Positions 18,281 to 27,944 of a DNA stretch of 32,715 nt are shown one piece after another; within the stretch, counting starts at the first letter, position 1; each line of letters begins with the position of its first letter. The notes under the pieces were generated by a model. That model did not search any database, was not told the origin of the DNA, and was given only the letters and a program-made list of their open reading frames with translations. The position numbers and the translations under genes were made by a program. The DNA comes from Euryarchaeota archaeon UBA226 (GTDB lineage Archaea; Thermoplasmatota; Poseidoniia; Poseidoniales; Poseidoniaceae): the NCBI GenBank assembly GCA_002505935.1, contig DAWL01000147.1, forward strand, positions 6,393 to 39,107, in the 5' to 3' direction.

Positions 18281-18371
18281 TGGCTTTTCAAGAGCCTCTC
18301 AAAAACACGCCTCTCGCGTCCTTCAAGTTACGTAGCATTCATAATCGGTGAGAATTCGTCAGGCCGCTGGG

Positions 18372-20024
18372 ATGCACTCACACTCGCAGGATACTCGCTG
18401 CGAGGGAGGGGATGCGGAAGTGTTCTCCTCCCTGCGCTTGGCTGGCTTTGACGGTAGATGCAAAGCCGTACTAGATGCCTCGCGATTAGTGTTGGAAAGA
18501 AGGTCTGGCCACACCCTCAATCTGAAGCATGAAGCTGTAGCTAGAATGCGACATCATACCACTCCATTGATTCCACGCTGGATGTTTGGTATCGGCTTAT
18601 TCTTCATCTACGCGGCTTGGAGAGTATTTCTTCCTCCTGCCCAATTCTGGTTCCTCGGCGTTGGAAGCGCAATAATTCTAGGTTGGGCATTAGGACGTAG
18701 ACCTACCTTGACTATCGATACTACCAATGGAGATTGCCACACTCTGTATGGTAACGATCTCTCACTGATGCGGATGACTGCTTTAGTTCAACGATTGCAA
18801 GATGGCCAAACTCTCGATGAAGCGAGAGAGAGCCTTGACCTATTGATGAGGGAGGCAGACTTTCCAGCCACTAAGGCTGTTGTAGAAAGACTAGAGGCAG
18901 AAAGTGAGCCAGAACCACTGATTCCAAACCCGTCCATACCCGCCTTCCTAGGTACAGATATTGAAGAGAAAGAAGACAATACGGAGTTACCCCCTGAATG
19001 GATTGGAACTGTTGCAGGTTCAGCAATCATCAGTAATGAGCCAGAATTCAGTGAACGCCCAGTACAATCTGAAGCCTTCAATAGGGCTAGAGCAGCGCAC
19101 GATGAGTACGCATTCAATAGACCTACGACTACTGGAATCGAAGACCCGTGGGCGATGAATGATGTCAAACCACTACCCAATGAAGGATATTCCATGTTCG
19201 GAGAGGGTGGATTATTCGGAAGTACCCAAATAGAACCAAAACCACAAGTGCAACCACAAATGCAGACTCAAATACCTCAACAGATGCAAGCACCGATGAT
19301 GCCGCCTTGGCAAAGTATGCCACAACAACCACAATCATCTATGGATATGTTGAAGCAGGCTGCCGAAGTTCATGGAGGAGGGGATTCCTTACTAAGAGAC
19401 GGTATGCAAGCAGGTCATAGTCCCACACCTACTTCCTTCATCCCAAGTTTCCTACCACCAGTGAATCAAAATGACCCTGAAAAAGATCGCATTAAAGTCG
19501 AGGCCGAAGTCATTGAAGCAGAGATTATGGATGACGAGACATCACCATTGGTAGCCAATGCAATAAAGCAGAAGCTAGAAGATAACACAGAGGTTATGGG
19601 TAGATTCCCGCATATGCAAAAACTGATGAATCAAAGGAATGATGGTGGATACAAGAGAATCAAGATGCACGGAAGGAAATCGAGTCAAGGTGGTAAAACA
19701 GAACGCGGGAAATTCATCCCAGGGCTGAGTAAATTGGCAAAACGTGGAAAAGAACTCTTTTCGGGCAGAGGAGGGAATTCAAGAACCACAGAAGCGCTTA
19801 GACTAGAAGCACAGCGTAACAAAGACGCTCAACTCCTAAAAGAGATTCAGAAAATGGCAGATTCAGAAGATGGATTAAATTCTGCAGAAGTTGAAAGATT
19901 GTTAGAAAATCACCGTAATGGAACGCTACCAGAGAATGATGTGCCGTTGCGATTCTCTGAACTGTCTGCAACTAGCGATTCGAAAAAAGATGTTAGTTTG
20001 CCGAGACTTGATTCAGACAACTGA
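18372..20024 (+). CDS. Hypothetical membrane protein with a two-TM hairpin, a Gln/Pro-rich low-complexity region and a basic C-terminal part
   Basis: A long ORF with TM segments (WMFGIGLFFIYAAWRVF, FWFLGVGSAIILGWAL) and the low-complexity run QVQPQMQTQIPQQMQAPMMPPWQSMPQQPQ. The track start is a GTG at 18348 and the first ATG is at 18372. No recognisable family. Confidence 0.55.
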   Translation: MHSHSQDTRCEGGDAEVFSSLRLAGFDGRCKAVLDASRLVLERRSGHTLNLKHEAVARMRHHTTPLIPRWMFGIGLFFIYAAWRVFLPPAQFWFLGVGSAIILGWALGRRPTLTIDTTNGDCHTLYGNDLSLMRMTALVQRLQDGQTLDEARESLDLLMREADFPATKAVVERLEAESEPEPLIPNPSIPAFLGTDIEEKEDNTELPPEWIGTVAGSAIISNEPEFSERPVQSEAFNRARAAHDEYAFNRPTTTGIEDPWAMNDVKPLPNEGYSMFGEGGLFGSTQIEPKPQVQPQMQTQIPQQMQAPMMPPWQSMPQQPQSSMDMLKQAAEVHGGGDSLLRDGMQAGHSPTPTSFIPSFLPPVNQNDPEKDRIKVEAEVIEAEIMDDETSPLVANAIKQKLEDNTEVMGRFPHMQKLMNQRNDGGYKRIKMHGRKSSQGGKTERGKFIPGLSKLAKRGKELFSGRGGNSRTTEALRLEAQRNKDAQLLKEIQKMADSEDGLNSAEVERLLENHRNGTLPENDVPLRFSELSATSDSKKDVSLPRLDSDN

Positions 20025-20939
20025 ATCAACTGCTGCAGCCCTTCTGGAGTATTCTACCTGTCCAGCCGCTTCAATTGCTTGAATACTGAATCCTTCTAGA
20101 GCCAGAGATGCTGCTACTGTAGCATCTACCATACTCTCTCTCAATCCATGTTCTGGTGCTCTTTCTGCAGCGATATTGATGGCCATATGGGCAGCCAAAG
20201 TACCGATGAAACTGTCCCCGCACCCAGTAGGATCAGCAGGTACACAATCAGGAACTGCGGGAACATGAATGACTTCATTCCCATGGAATGCCATGGCTCC
20301 TTGAGCACCCAATTTGATAATTACCAAATCGCCCTTAATCATCTCAACCAAAACTTCTGCAGCCTTGTTAACATCTGCATGTCCACTAATTGATTCAGCC
20401 TCTGTTTCATTGATGACCAATACATCCGTACGCGACATAACCTGCTTGACGCCATCTAATTCCTCGACAATCCATTTTTCCATTGAATCAGCCAATACCA
20501 ATGCGGACTCATCTACTTGCTCAAGCATCGATAATTGCAACGCAGGTGCCATATTTGCCAATAGAAGAACCGAACAATCTTGCCAATCTGAAGGGACCAC
20601 TGGGGTATATCCAATGATACAATTCACTTGAGTATCGAGCGTCTCTACATCTCCAAAATCTTCTCCATATCTAGCCTTCCACCTGAAGGTCAAATCATTT
20701 GATCGCTCGACGCCCCTAAGATTCAGACCATGTCCTTCGAGTCTCTCCACATCCGACTCTAAGAAATCCTTACCGACAACTCCAACAGCTCCAACTTGAA
20801 TGCCTCCATCGCGAAAACGATTCAGTCTACAAGCTGAGACTCCAGCAAAGGTCGCTGAACCACCCAATCCTTCAACGATTGAACCTGCAGGACTTTCAAC
20901 ACTATCGTATGCTATGCTACCAATCATCACAACGTCCAT
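20013..20939 (-). CDS. PfkB-family carbohydrate/nucleoside kinase
   Basis: DPTGCGDSFIGTLAAHM matches the PfkB signature 2 (DTxGAGD), and MIGSIAYDSVESPAG is a typical N-terminus. The ATG at 20939 lies 4 nt after the accC stop. The 3' end overlaps the convergent 558-aa ORF by 12 nt. Confidence 0.8.
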   Translation of the reverse strand: MDVVMIGSIAYDSVESPAGSIVEGLGGSATFAGVSACRLNRFRDGGIQVGAVGVVGKDFLESDVERLEGHGLNLRGVERSNDLTFRWKARYGEDFGDVETLDTQVNCIIGYTPVVPSDWQDCSVLLLANMAPALQLSMLEQVDESALVLADSMEKWIVEELDGVKQVMSRTDVLVINETEAESISGHADVNKAAEVLVEMIKGDLVIIKLGAQGAMAFHGNEVIHVPAVPDCVPADPTGCGDSFIGTLAAHMAINIAAERAPEHGLRESMVDATVAASLALEGFSIQAIEAAGQVEYSRRAAAVDSVV

Positions 20940-20943
20940 GAAA

Positions 20944-22284
20944 TCACCCGAGTAAATCTTCATGCATCTCGATATACTGAATTGTAATGTCTCTCGAAAG
21001 GAAATCCTTCTCATCCATTATCCTTCGATGCAATGGCACTAGGTTGTCAACCCCTACAAGAATAGTTTCATCCAATGCTGAACGCATACGTGCTATGGCC
21101 TCTTCTCTAGTATGTCCCCAAGTCAACAACTTCGCCAACAAACTGTCGAAACACCCCGGCATGTCATAACCGATATGGGCGTGCGTATCCACCCTGATTC
21201 CATAACCCGCAGGAAAGTGACAATCCCAAAGACGACCAGGTGAAGGGATGAATTGTCTAGGGTCTTCAGCGTTTAGCCTACATTGAATAGCGTGTCCCTT
21301 CCAAACAATTTCCTCCTGAGATAGAGGTAAGTTTCCTCCTTCAGCAATTCTGATTCCCATTTGAACAAGATTGTGTCCAGTGATCAATTCGGTTACCGTA
21401 TGTTCGACCTGAACTCTTGGATTGACTTCAAGGAAATAGAATTCTCCATGAGCATCGCGCAAGAACTCGAATGTTGCTAAGCCTTTGTAACCCACCGCCT
21501 CTGCACCACGACAAACTAAATCTCCAATCTCGGACCTCTTTTCATCGCTTAGCCAAGGGCCTTCCTCGACCAACTTCTGGTGTCGCCTTTGGATACTGCA
21601 GAACCTCTCTCCAAAATGAATCGCATCTTTTCCATCCCCGAGTACTTGGAACTCAACATGCTGAGCACCTTCGATGTATTTCTCCACGAATACGCGTTCA
21701 TCACCAAAGGCACTGCGAGCCCTTGACTGGCAGAGATTCAATGCTGATTCGAATTGGTCTGCTGAAGTCACAATCTGCATACCAATCCCCCCTCCACCAG
21801 CTGCAGCCTTGATAATCACAGGATATCCTATTTCATCGGCCAATGTGCTGGCTACTTCTGCATCTGAAACTGGTTCACTACTTCCTTTGGCAACTGGTAA
21901 GCCAGCCGCCTCCATCGCTGCTCTAGCCTCTATCTTATCTCCTAGTAGAGTAATGACGTCTGCTGAGGGGCCGATGAATGTGATTCCTTCTTCCTCAAGC
22001 CGACGAACAAAGTTTGCATTCTCAGCGAGGAACCCATAACCAGGGTGAACCGCATCTGCTGAGACAGTCTTCGCTGCCTCGACCACCGCCTCCACATCGA
22101 GATAGGAGTCCAACGGGTTATCTCGATAAATCGGCACAGCAACATCTGAAAGACGAACCGGTAGAGAAAGGCGATCCTCACGACCATGAATTATTGCGAC
22201 CTCAATCTCCATTTCACGGAGTGCTCTGAGTATCCTCAGAGCGATTTCACCACGGTTGGCGATAAGTACCCTCTTGAAACTCAT
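20944..22284 (-). CDS. accC: Biotin carboxylase (ATP-grasp; acetyl/acyl-CoA carboxylase or pyruvate carboxylase A subunit type)
   Basis: MSFKRVLIANRGEIALRILRALREMEIEVAIIH, YPVIIKAAAGGGGIGM, EVNPRVQVEHTVTE and similar motifs. The preferred ATG at 22284 gives the canonical N-terminus; the track start at 22320 adds 12 aa. Confidence 0.9.
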   Translation of the reverse strand: MSFKRVLIANRGEIALRILRALREMEIEVAIIHGREDRLSLPVRLSDVAVPIYRDNPLDSYLDVEAVVEAAKTVSADAVHPGYGFLAENANFVRRLEEEGITFIGPSADVITLLGDKIEARAAMEAAGLPVAKGSSEPVSDAEVASTLADEIGYPVIIKAAAGGGGIGMQIVTSADQFESALNLCQSRARSAFGDERVFVEKYIEGAQHVEFQVLGDGKDAIHFGERFCSIQRRHQKLVEEGPWLSDEKRSEIGDLVCRGAEAVGYKGLATFEFLRDAHGEFYFLEVNPRVQVEHTVTELITGHNLVQMGIRIAEGGNLPLSQEEIVWKGHAIQCRLNAEDPRQFIPSPGRLWDCHFPAGYGIRVDTHAHIGYDMPGCFDSLLAKLLTWGHTREEAIARMRSALDETILVGVDNLVPLHRRIMDEKDFLSRDITIQYIEMHEDLLG

Positions 22285-22349
22285 TACAACACTCGAGAAG
22301 TAGACGGCTGATGAACACAACGGTTGTCAATTTACACCACAACAATTGC

Positions 22350-23618
22350 TCAATAGACGTCTCGGAGGTAGCGCTTCTCTTCTCGCATCATTGTCTTCTC
22401 AACAAAATGAGTTGCATCATCCAACGACATCCCACCATGCTCCTGCGCGATTTCAATCAAGGTTCTATGCACATCCTTGGCCATGTAATTCTTGTCGCCA
22501 CAGACATAGAAGTAAGCACCCGATTCAAGCCATTCCCAAATCTCAGCTCCGTGCTCAGCCATTCTGTGTTGCACGTAGATCTTCTCTGCCTGATCTCGCG
22601 ACCATGCAGTAGTATAACGGAATAAGGTGCCATTCTCCAACCAACCCTCAATCTGTTCGCTGTAATAGTACTCAGTTTTGTGAGATTGATCTCCAAAGAA
22701 CAACCAATTTCTTCCCTTCGCCTTATCGTGTTCTCTCTGTTCTAGGAAGGCTCTGAACGGCGCAATACCTGTTCCCGGTCCAACCATGATAATATCCGTG
22801 CTCTTATCATCTGGCAAGACAAATGACTTGGTTGGAGACATGAAAATCTTGACCGGGGTTGAATCGACCTCAGCTTCATCTGCGAGATAGACTGTACACA
22901 ATCCCCCTCTCTGCCTATCATGGTGTTCATATCGAACTATGGCAATTGTCAACTGGACTTCTCCCGGGTGAGCATCCATACTACTGGCAATCGAATACAA
23001 TCTAGGCTTCAACTTGTCAAGTAGAGATAACATTTCTTCTGGCTCGTGATGTAATCCAAATTCGTTAATCACATCAATATAATCTCTCGACCAGATGTAG
23101 TCTTCCATAGCCTCAGCATCATCGCTAAGGTGAATCGCTTTGGAGGCCGAACCTGCTCCGCTGCCGCCACGATAACCTTCTGGCCAATCTCCGGATTCGC
23201 CAGACCATGCCCATGAGTTCACTTCTCCAGTAGTGATATTTGTACGACTTCGCGAAATGATTCTGGCCGTAGCACTAGAACCTTGTTCAGCAAGTTTTTC
23301 TGCTAGACTATTGATGAATTTCTTGTTCACTCTGTGTATCTCATAGTCGCACTTCAAGGCTTCACGCAGAGTCTTGTCTCCTGCGTGACTGGAAACCTGC
23401 AAATCTCCATCCCAGCCCGTGCATTCCAACAATTCCTCAACGGTATGAGGGGGGTTTTCGGGAATTATCCCGAGTGCATCTCCAACCTTGTAATCAAGAC
23501 CCTTCTTTGGCAAGGTGAACACGAAATGTCGAGTCTCCTTTGTCGCCCCTTCCCCATTCAACAAAGTGTTCTCAATCATTTGCGATGAATAGGGATTCTT
23601 AGCACTGAAATCCGCCAT
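22350..23618 (-). CDS. CysJ-like FAD/NADPH oxidoreductase (sulfite reductase flavoprotein C-terminal module; no flavodoxin domain)
   Basis: RLYSIASS (FAD binding), MVGPGTGIAPFRAF (NADPH binding), YFYVCGD, and the C-terminal RYLRDVY typical of the CysJ/CPR family. Confidence 0.8.
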   Translation of the reverse strand: MADFSAKNPYSSQMIENTLLNGEGATKETRHFVFTLPKKGLDYKVGDALGIIPENPPHTVEELLECTGWDGDLQVSSHAGDKTLREALKCDYEIHRVNKKFINSLAEKLAEQGSSATARIISRSRTNITTGEVNSWAWSGESGDWPEGYRGGSGAGSASKAIHLSDDAEAMEDYIWSRDYIDVINEFGLHHEPEEMLSLLDKLKPRLYSIASSMDAHPGEVQLTIAIVRYEHHDRQRGGLCTVYLADEAEVDSTPVKIFMSPTKSFVLPDDKSTDIIMVGPGTGIAPFRAFLEQREHDKAKGRNWLFFGDQSHKTEYYYSEQIEGWLENGTLFRYTTAWSRDQAEKIYVQHRMAEHGAEIWEWLESGAYFYVCGDKNYMAKDVHRTLIEIAQEHGGMSLDDATHFVEKTMMREEKRYLRDVY

Positions 23619-23736
23619 GGCAAAACCTCGACGGGGCGGCGACCGGAACTTCGTTCATCAAGATTGGCTTTTCCCACTCAGTTGAAACAACCCGACGCAG
23701 TGAAACAGTCAAACCATGAGAGCCCCTGCCTACTTC

Positions 23737-24534
23737 ATGGCGGTTAAACTGGAGTTCCTTGGAACTGGCAATGCTTTCCTGCCTCAAGGCAGATACCACT
23801 CCTTGTTACTGGTTGATGAATCGATTCTCATCGATTGTCCTCCAACCGCATTAGCATCATTGAGACGCAGGGAATTGAGCCCTAAACATATCAAGAGTAT
23901 ACTCTTCACCCATTGGCATGGAGATCACTACTTCGGAATACCGTTCTTGATTTTGGAACGGAAATGGATTTCTGACCGATCAGGAGAGTCTGACTTGTCC
24001 ATCCATGGACCCAAAGGATGCAGAAAGCGGGTTAGTCAACTATGTGAAACTGCATATCCAGGAAGCATGACTGACCGGCTTGATTCTCTTGAATGGAATG
24101 AAGAAGAAAAAGGAGTTGTAGGAAATTCTCCAAAGTGGCAGTTTGAGAGGTTCAAGGTAGAACACGACGAGGAAGTCGATCCCCATGGATACCTCCTGAT
24201 ACATGAATCCGGATTACAGATAATGCATACTGGGGATTCTGGGCCTTGTGAAGCGATATCTAGCAGGGTTCCACAATGCGACGTAGTAGTCATAGAGATG
24301 GGAGTACCAGATGAAGTGGATGTCAGCATGCACTTCAAACCTAGCACATTGGATGAGTTAGCCCGAGCAAACCCAAATACCAAATTCTTGGTTACTCATA
24401 CTTGGTTGGATGATCCTCGTAGCAGTAAAACTCCGATTCTATCAGCAGAGTTACCTTCTCTTTCAGATAATGTAATACAGGTCGGAGATGGTGATGGTTT
24501 CATCCTAGACTCTGATGGTTTGAATCCAATATAG
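23737..24534 (+). CDS. Metallo-beta-lactamase-fold hydrolase (RNase Z-like)
   Basis: KLEFLGTGNAF N-terminus and the HxHxDH motif in the form THWHGDHYFG. The ATG at 23737 gives the typical N-terminus; the track start is at 23716. Confidence 0.75.
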   Translation: MAVKLEFLGTGNAFLPQGRYHSLLLVDESILIDCPPTALASLRRRELSPKHIKSILFTHWHGDHYFGIPFLILERKWISDRSGESDLSIHGPKGCRKRVSQLCETAYPGSMTDRLDSLEWNEEEKGVVGNSPKWQFERFKVEHDEEVDPHGYLLIHESGLQIMHTGDSGPCEAISSRVPQCDVVVIEMGVPDEVDVSMHFKPSTLDELARANPNTKFLVTHTWLDDPRSSKTPILSAELPSLSDNVIQVGDGDGFILDSDGLNPI

Positions 24535-25010
24535 GGGAATTAGTCGGCAATTAAATATTAATTTTTATGTTAATTTATTCTTTATTATATTAACACTTCA
24601 ATTGGGTTGTTTTCTTCTCATTCATATAGTCATCTATCTCTTTCACAAATTCTGTTTGCTCAATATTGAAATAATAATTGCTGATGTGTAGAGATCGATG
24701 AAAGCGACTTCAAATTTTTCACATGAGTTGCGGCCAAATCCGCGGAGGCCATACTCGGCGTTCTGCAAAAGGCATGACTTGAAGTGGTGCAAAAAACGCA
24801 CGACTTAGAATATAATATGAGAAAATTGATGTTCAATTGTCCAAATCCAATTGCACAATATAAGAGCGCATGTGGATGAGGAAATCCACCTATGAGACCG
24901 AACCACGTGAACAGGCTTATTACCCCCCCTCGGACTAGGACGCCTCATCGCGCTCGTGTTGAGACGCTGCATCGATTAGAATCTAAGTTGGAGAGCAAGG
25001 GTGTTAAAAA
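24535..25010. promoter_or_regulatory. Candidate replication origin region and orc1/cdc6 promoter
   Basis: A roughly 50-bp stretch at 24551..24596 is almost pure A/T. Three direct repeats of the form A-run plus GC(R)(Y)GACTT(N)(R)AA lie at 24704..24714, 24772..24784 and 24798..24810. CCAAATCC occurs twice (24743, 24841). A dyad GTGGAT-n6-ATCCAC lies at 24872..24889 and a C7 run at about 24925..24931. The region sits immediately upstream of orc1/cdc6, the established arrangement at archaeal origins. Confidence 0.5.
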
Positions 25011-26261
25011 ATGGGAGGAAATATTTTCGATAATTTCCTTGCTCATCCAAGTCTATTCATCAATAAAGAGGTGATGCGACATAGCCACTCACCCAAAGAA
25101 CTGCCACACAGGGAGCGGGAAATCAAGGCCATTCGGTTCAATCTAGTAGAAGCCCTCAAGGGACAGATTCCTTCGAACATGATTCTGTACGGTGTTACTG
25201 GTGCGGGAAAAACAGCAGTTACACGTTTCATCTGCTCACAACTTGAAGACAAAGGAAAACAAATTGGCAATTCTGTAAATCCGGTACATGTTAATTGTAG
25301 AACCATAGATACACAGTATCGAGTGTTGGCATTCCTCGGCAATTCATTACTAGAATCGCATGAAATGGAAGATATCCCCTTTACTGGTTGGCCAACCGAT
25401 AGAGTGTTTGATGAATTGGTCAGGAGGATGAACCGTCGTGGAGGAGTTCATGTCATCGTGCTCGATGAAATCGATCACTTGGTGAAGAAGACTGGAGATG
25501 ATCTTCTATACAACCTGTGTAACATTAACGAGGATCTGAAGCGACGTGGGAGCGCGCGTTGTTGTGTAATCGGAATCAGTAACGACCTCAAATTCACTGA
25601 ATACCTTGACCCTAGAGTGATGAGTAGACTAGGCCAAGAGAGCGTCATATTCTCACCATATGATGCAGGTCAACTCAGCGACATCTTACAGAAAAGAGCT
25701 GAGAAGGGTATCAAGAAAGGTATTCTCGGAGAAGGGGTTCTCCCTCTTTGTTCAGCACTTGCTGCCCAAGAGCATGGTGATGCTAGAAGAGCACTAGATT
25801 TGATTAGAGTTTCAACCGAGAAGGCCGAGCAAAGCGGTGATGAAAAGGTAGAAGTTCATCATGTTAGAATGGCACAAAATCAAATCGAGTGCGACCAGAT
25901 AACTCCGGTCATCAAAACTCTGCCTCCACAGCAAAAGTTGGTGCTATTTGCTGTTCTTCTAAATGAACGCAATGGACTATCCAACATCGCAACAGGTGAG
26001 GTCTACGAGATTTATCGCCAAGCATGCAAGCATTATGGATCAAACAACCTGACACAAAGAAGAGTCACCGACTTACTGTCAAATCTCGACATGTTGGGCC
26101 TAATCAATTCAAAAACTGTTAGTCGCGGCAGGTATGGCCGCAGTAAAGAAATCAACAGTTGTATGCCGGAATCGATAGACGCAACGGGAATAATGATTCA
26201 AGCAGATGAATCATTGGACAGCGTGAACAATGGAAGTTACCGATTCCAATCTCGCCTGTGA
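25011..26261 (+). CDS. cdc6: Orc1/Cdc6 replication initiator
   Basis: SPKELPHREREIKAIRFNL, Walker A LYGVTGAGKTAV, Walker B VIVLDEIDHL, sensor regions (GDARRALDLIR) and a C-terminal winged-helix part. Confidence 0.9.
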   Translation: MGGNIFDNFLAHPSLFINKEVMRHSHSPKELPHREREIKAIRFNLVEALKGQIPSNMILYGVTGAGKTAVTRFICSQLEDKGKQIGNSVNPVHVNCRTIDTQYRVLAFLGNSLLESHEMEDIPFTGWPTDRVFDELVRRMNRRGGVHVIVLDEIDHLVKKTGDDLLYNLCNINEDLKRRGSARCCVIGISNDLKFTEYLDPRVMSRLGQESVIFSPYDAGQLSDILQKRAEKGIKKGILGEGVLPLCSALAAQEHGDARRALDLIRVSTEKAEQSGDEKVEVHHVRMAQNQIECDQITPVIKTLPPQQKLVLFAVLLNERNGLSNIATGEVYEIYRQACKHYGSNNLTQRRVTDLLSNLDMLGLINSKTVSRGRYGRSKEINSCMPESIDATGIMIQADESLDSVNNGSYRFQSRL

Positions 26262-26304
26262 ACAAGCCGTGGACCTTAAACGAGGACCGCTGGTCGGCGT
26301 GGCC

Positions 26305-26880
26305 ATGGCAGATGATGCTGACACTGGCTCCGAAGGCGGTTTCATTCATTCTTTGTTGAACCCAGGAAGAACGGCTTCGACTTGGTTCTTCGGTCTTGGT
26401 TCATGGATTCTCTTACTTGGAATTCTGAATGTACTGGTAGTGGCACACCCTGGTGGAAAGATATCATGGGTCGGTTTCCTTAGCCTTGGAAACCTTGGCG
26501 ACATATTGATGACCGATACTGCTGGACAAGGATTCCATGTCATCGGCGATGGGTTATTCTTAGGATTAGGACTGATTTTGGTTGGCATTGGAGCCAAAGG
26601 CTTGAACAGCGGTGTTGAAGGTGGAATGGCTGCTTGGTTGAAAGGACTGTTCGTCAATGACCTTTGGCCAGCCCTGATGAGTACTGAAGAAGGTGGCTGG
26701 AGAAGGACCATTTCATCTTGGTTGCTGGCTATTGGATTCATCTTCTACTTCTACTGGGGTCTTTCCTACAACAACTGGGTCGATCCTGGTACATACGCTG
26801 TCTCAGTTGCACTGATTGGTTTCGGATTTGCTTTCTTGGCAATGCCAGAAGAAGACGGTGAGCCTGCGCCTCTAGATTAG
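26305..26880 (+). CDS. Hypothetical integral membrane protein (about 4 TM)
   Basis: Hydrophobic segments WFFGLGSWILLLGILNVLVV, LFLGLGLILVGIGA, WLLAIGFIFYFYWGL and AVSVALIGFGFAFLA. The ATG at 26305 avoids the overlap with cdc6 that the track start at 26230 implies. No family recognised. Confidence 0.55.
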   Translation: MADDADTGSEGGFIHSLLNPGRTASTWFFGLGSWILLLGILNVLVVAHPGGKISWVGFLSLGNLGDILMTDTAGQGFHVIGDGLFLGLGLILVGIGAKGLNSGVEGGMAAWLKGLFVNDLWPALMSTEEGGWRRTISSWLLAIGFIFYFYWGLSYNNWVDPGTYAVSVALIGFGFAFLAMPEEDGEPAPLD

Positions 26881-27944
26881 GCGTGTCCATTACGTCCGGT
26901 TACTGCATCGTACAAGCCAAGGAGTATTCCTTGCCACAATGCAATGCTCCACAAAGTTAGAACAAACGGCAATAGAATCGCGTCCTTGATTCTAGTAACC
27001 AAACGACCTCTACCAAGGAAACTGCGCATCAATCCAATCCCTAACAATAGATAGATTCCAAACATCGTCAACAACAACTGTGAGCCTAAGGCGCTCACCT
27101 CAAATCTTACTTCGGTGAAGGCGATACGAGCAACCAAAAAAATGGCAGAAAGCAAGAATGGCAATAGAGCCAAGACAAACCAAGATGAGCCGATGAAATC
27201 GAAACCTGGGCCTTTCCTCGCAGTTGAGGAATATTTGCGTACAATTCGCATATGAGCCCGTGCATCCCTCTTTCTCTTGTGAAGAAATAGAGACAAACCT
27301 TCTTCGGCAACGTGTTGAACCACGGCATCAGGAGTATGAATGATTACTCCTTTGTCAGCACTTAATTTCAATGAAACCTCCATATCTTCGGCATGATACC
27401 AAGATGGATTAAATCCTCCAATTCGAAGTAATTCTGATTTGAGAAACATGCTACATGGCCCATTAGCCAGCGTCGTACGTCGAGAGCGTTTGCGGTATTT
27501 ACTCTCAATCTCTTGGGCTCTAATTCTACTGATGATGGTATCGCCCTCATCGAAAATAACTCGTCCAGTGACACTTACTACATTCTCATCTCCAAGACCC
27601 TTGCTCTCAGACACCATGTGCTCTATCCAAGTTGGATGAGGTCTGCAGTCAATATCCGTGATAGCAACCCATTCACCACTCGATTCTTCCAAAGCTGCCT
27701 GCCTTGCAGCGGAAAGCCCTAGCGGGTTCTGGTCAATGATGTGAATTGGAACGCCGTGTTTCTTGCCTTCGGGGTCATGCCAATCTTGCAACCTCTTTGA
27801 GGTTTCATCAGTTGAACCATCATTAACTGCAATTATCTCCAATGGCCTATACGTCTGATCAACCAAAGTTTGGATGCAACCGTCCACCCAATCTTGACCA
27901 TCTCTAACAGCGACAGTGACACTTACAAGAAGTGAATCGCTCAA
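26877..27944 (-). CDS. Family 2 glycosyltransferase with C-terminal TM segments
   Basis: VSVTVAVRDGQDWVDGCIQTLVDQTYRPLEIIAVNDGSTDET is a classic GT2 N-terminus, ITDIDCRP is DxD-like, and hydrophobic helices occupy the last ~100 aa. The apparent TTG start overlaps the upstream stop by 4 nt. Confidence 0.85.
   Translation of the reverse strand: MSDSLLVSVTVAVRDGQDWVDGCIQTLVDQTYRPLEIIAVNDGSTDETSKRLQDWHDPEGKKHGVPIHIIDQNPLGLSAARQAALEESSGEWVAITDIDCRPHPTWIEHMVSESKGLGDENVVSVTGRVIFDEGDTIISRIRAQEIESKYRKRSRRTTLANGPCSMFLKSELLRIGGFNPSWYHAEDMEVSLKLSADKGVIIHTPDAVVQHVAEEGLSLFLHKRKRDARAHMRIVRKYSSTARKGPGFDFIGSSWFVLALLPFLLSAIFLVARIAFTEVRFEVSALGSQLLLTMFGIYLLLGIGLMRSFLGRGRLVTRIKDAILLPFVLTLWSIALWQGILLGLYDAVTGRNGHA

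Noticed and set aside
20944-22320. N-terminal extensions implied by the longest-ORF starts for several genes: accC 22320, pfkB 21014, TatD-like 8799, TBP-like 9361, thioesterase 16706, membrane protein 26230, MBL 23716, fabI 6751.
   Set aside because: The track uses the most upstream ATG, GTG or TTG. In each case an internal ATG gives the family-typical N-terminus and removes the overlap with the preceding gene.
24892-25074. 60-aa plus-strand ORF spanning the end of the origin region and the start of cdc6.
   Set aside because: It has no SD, is Arg/Pro-rich, overlaps the well-supported cdc6 start, and is out of frame with it. It is more likely leader or origin sequence.
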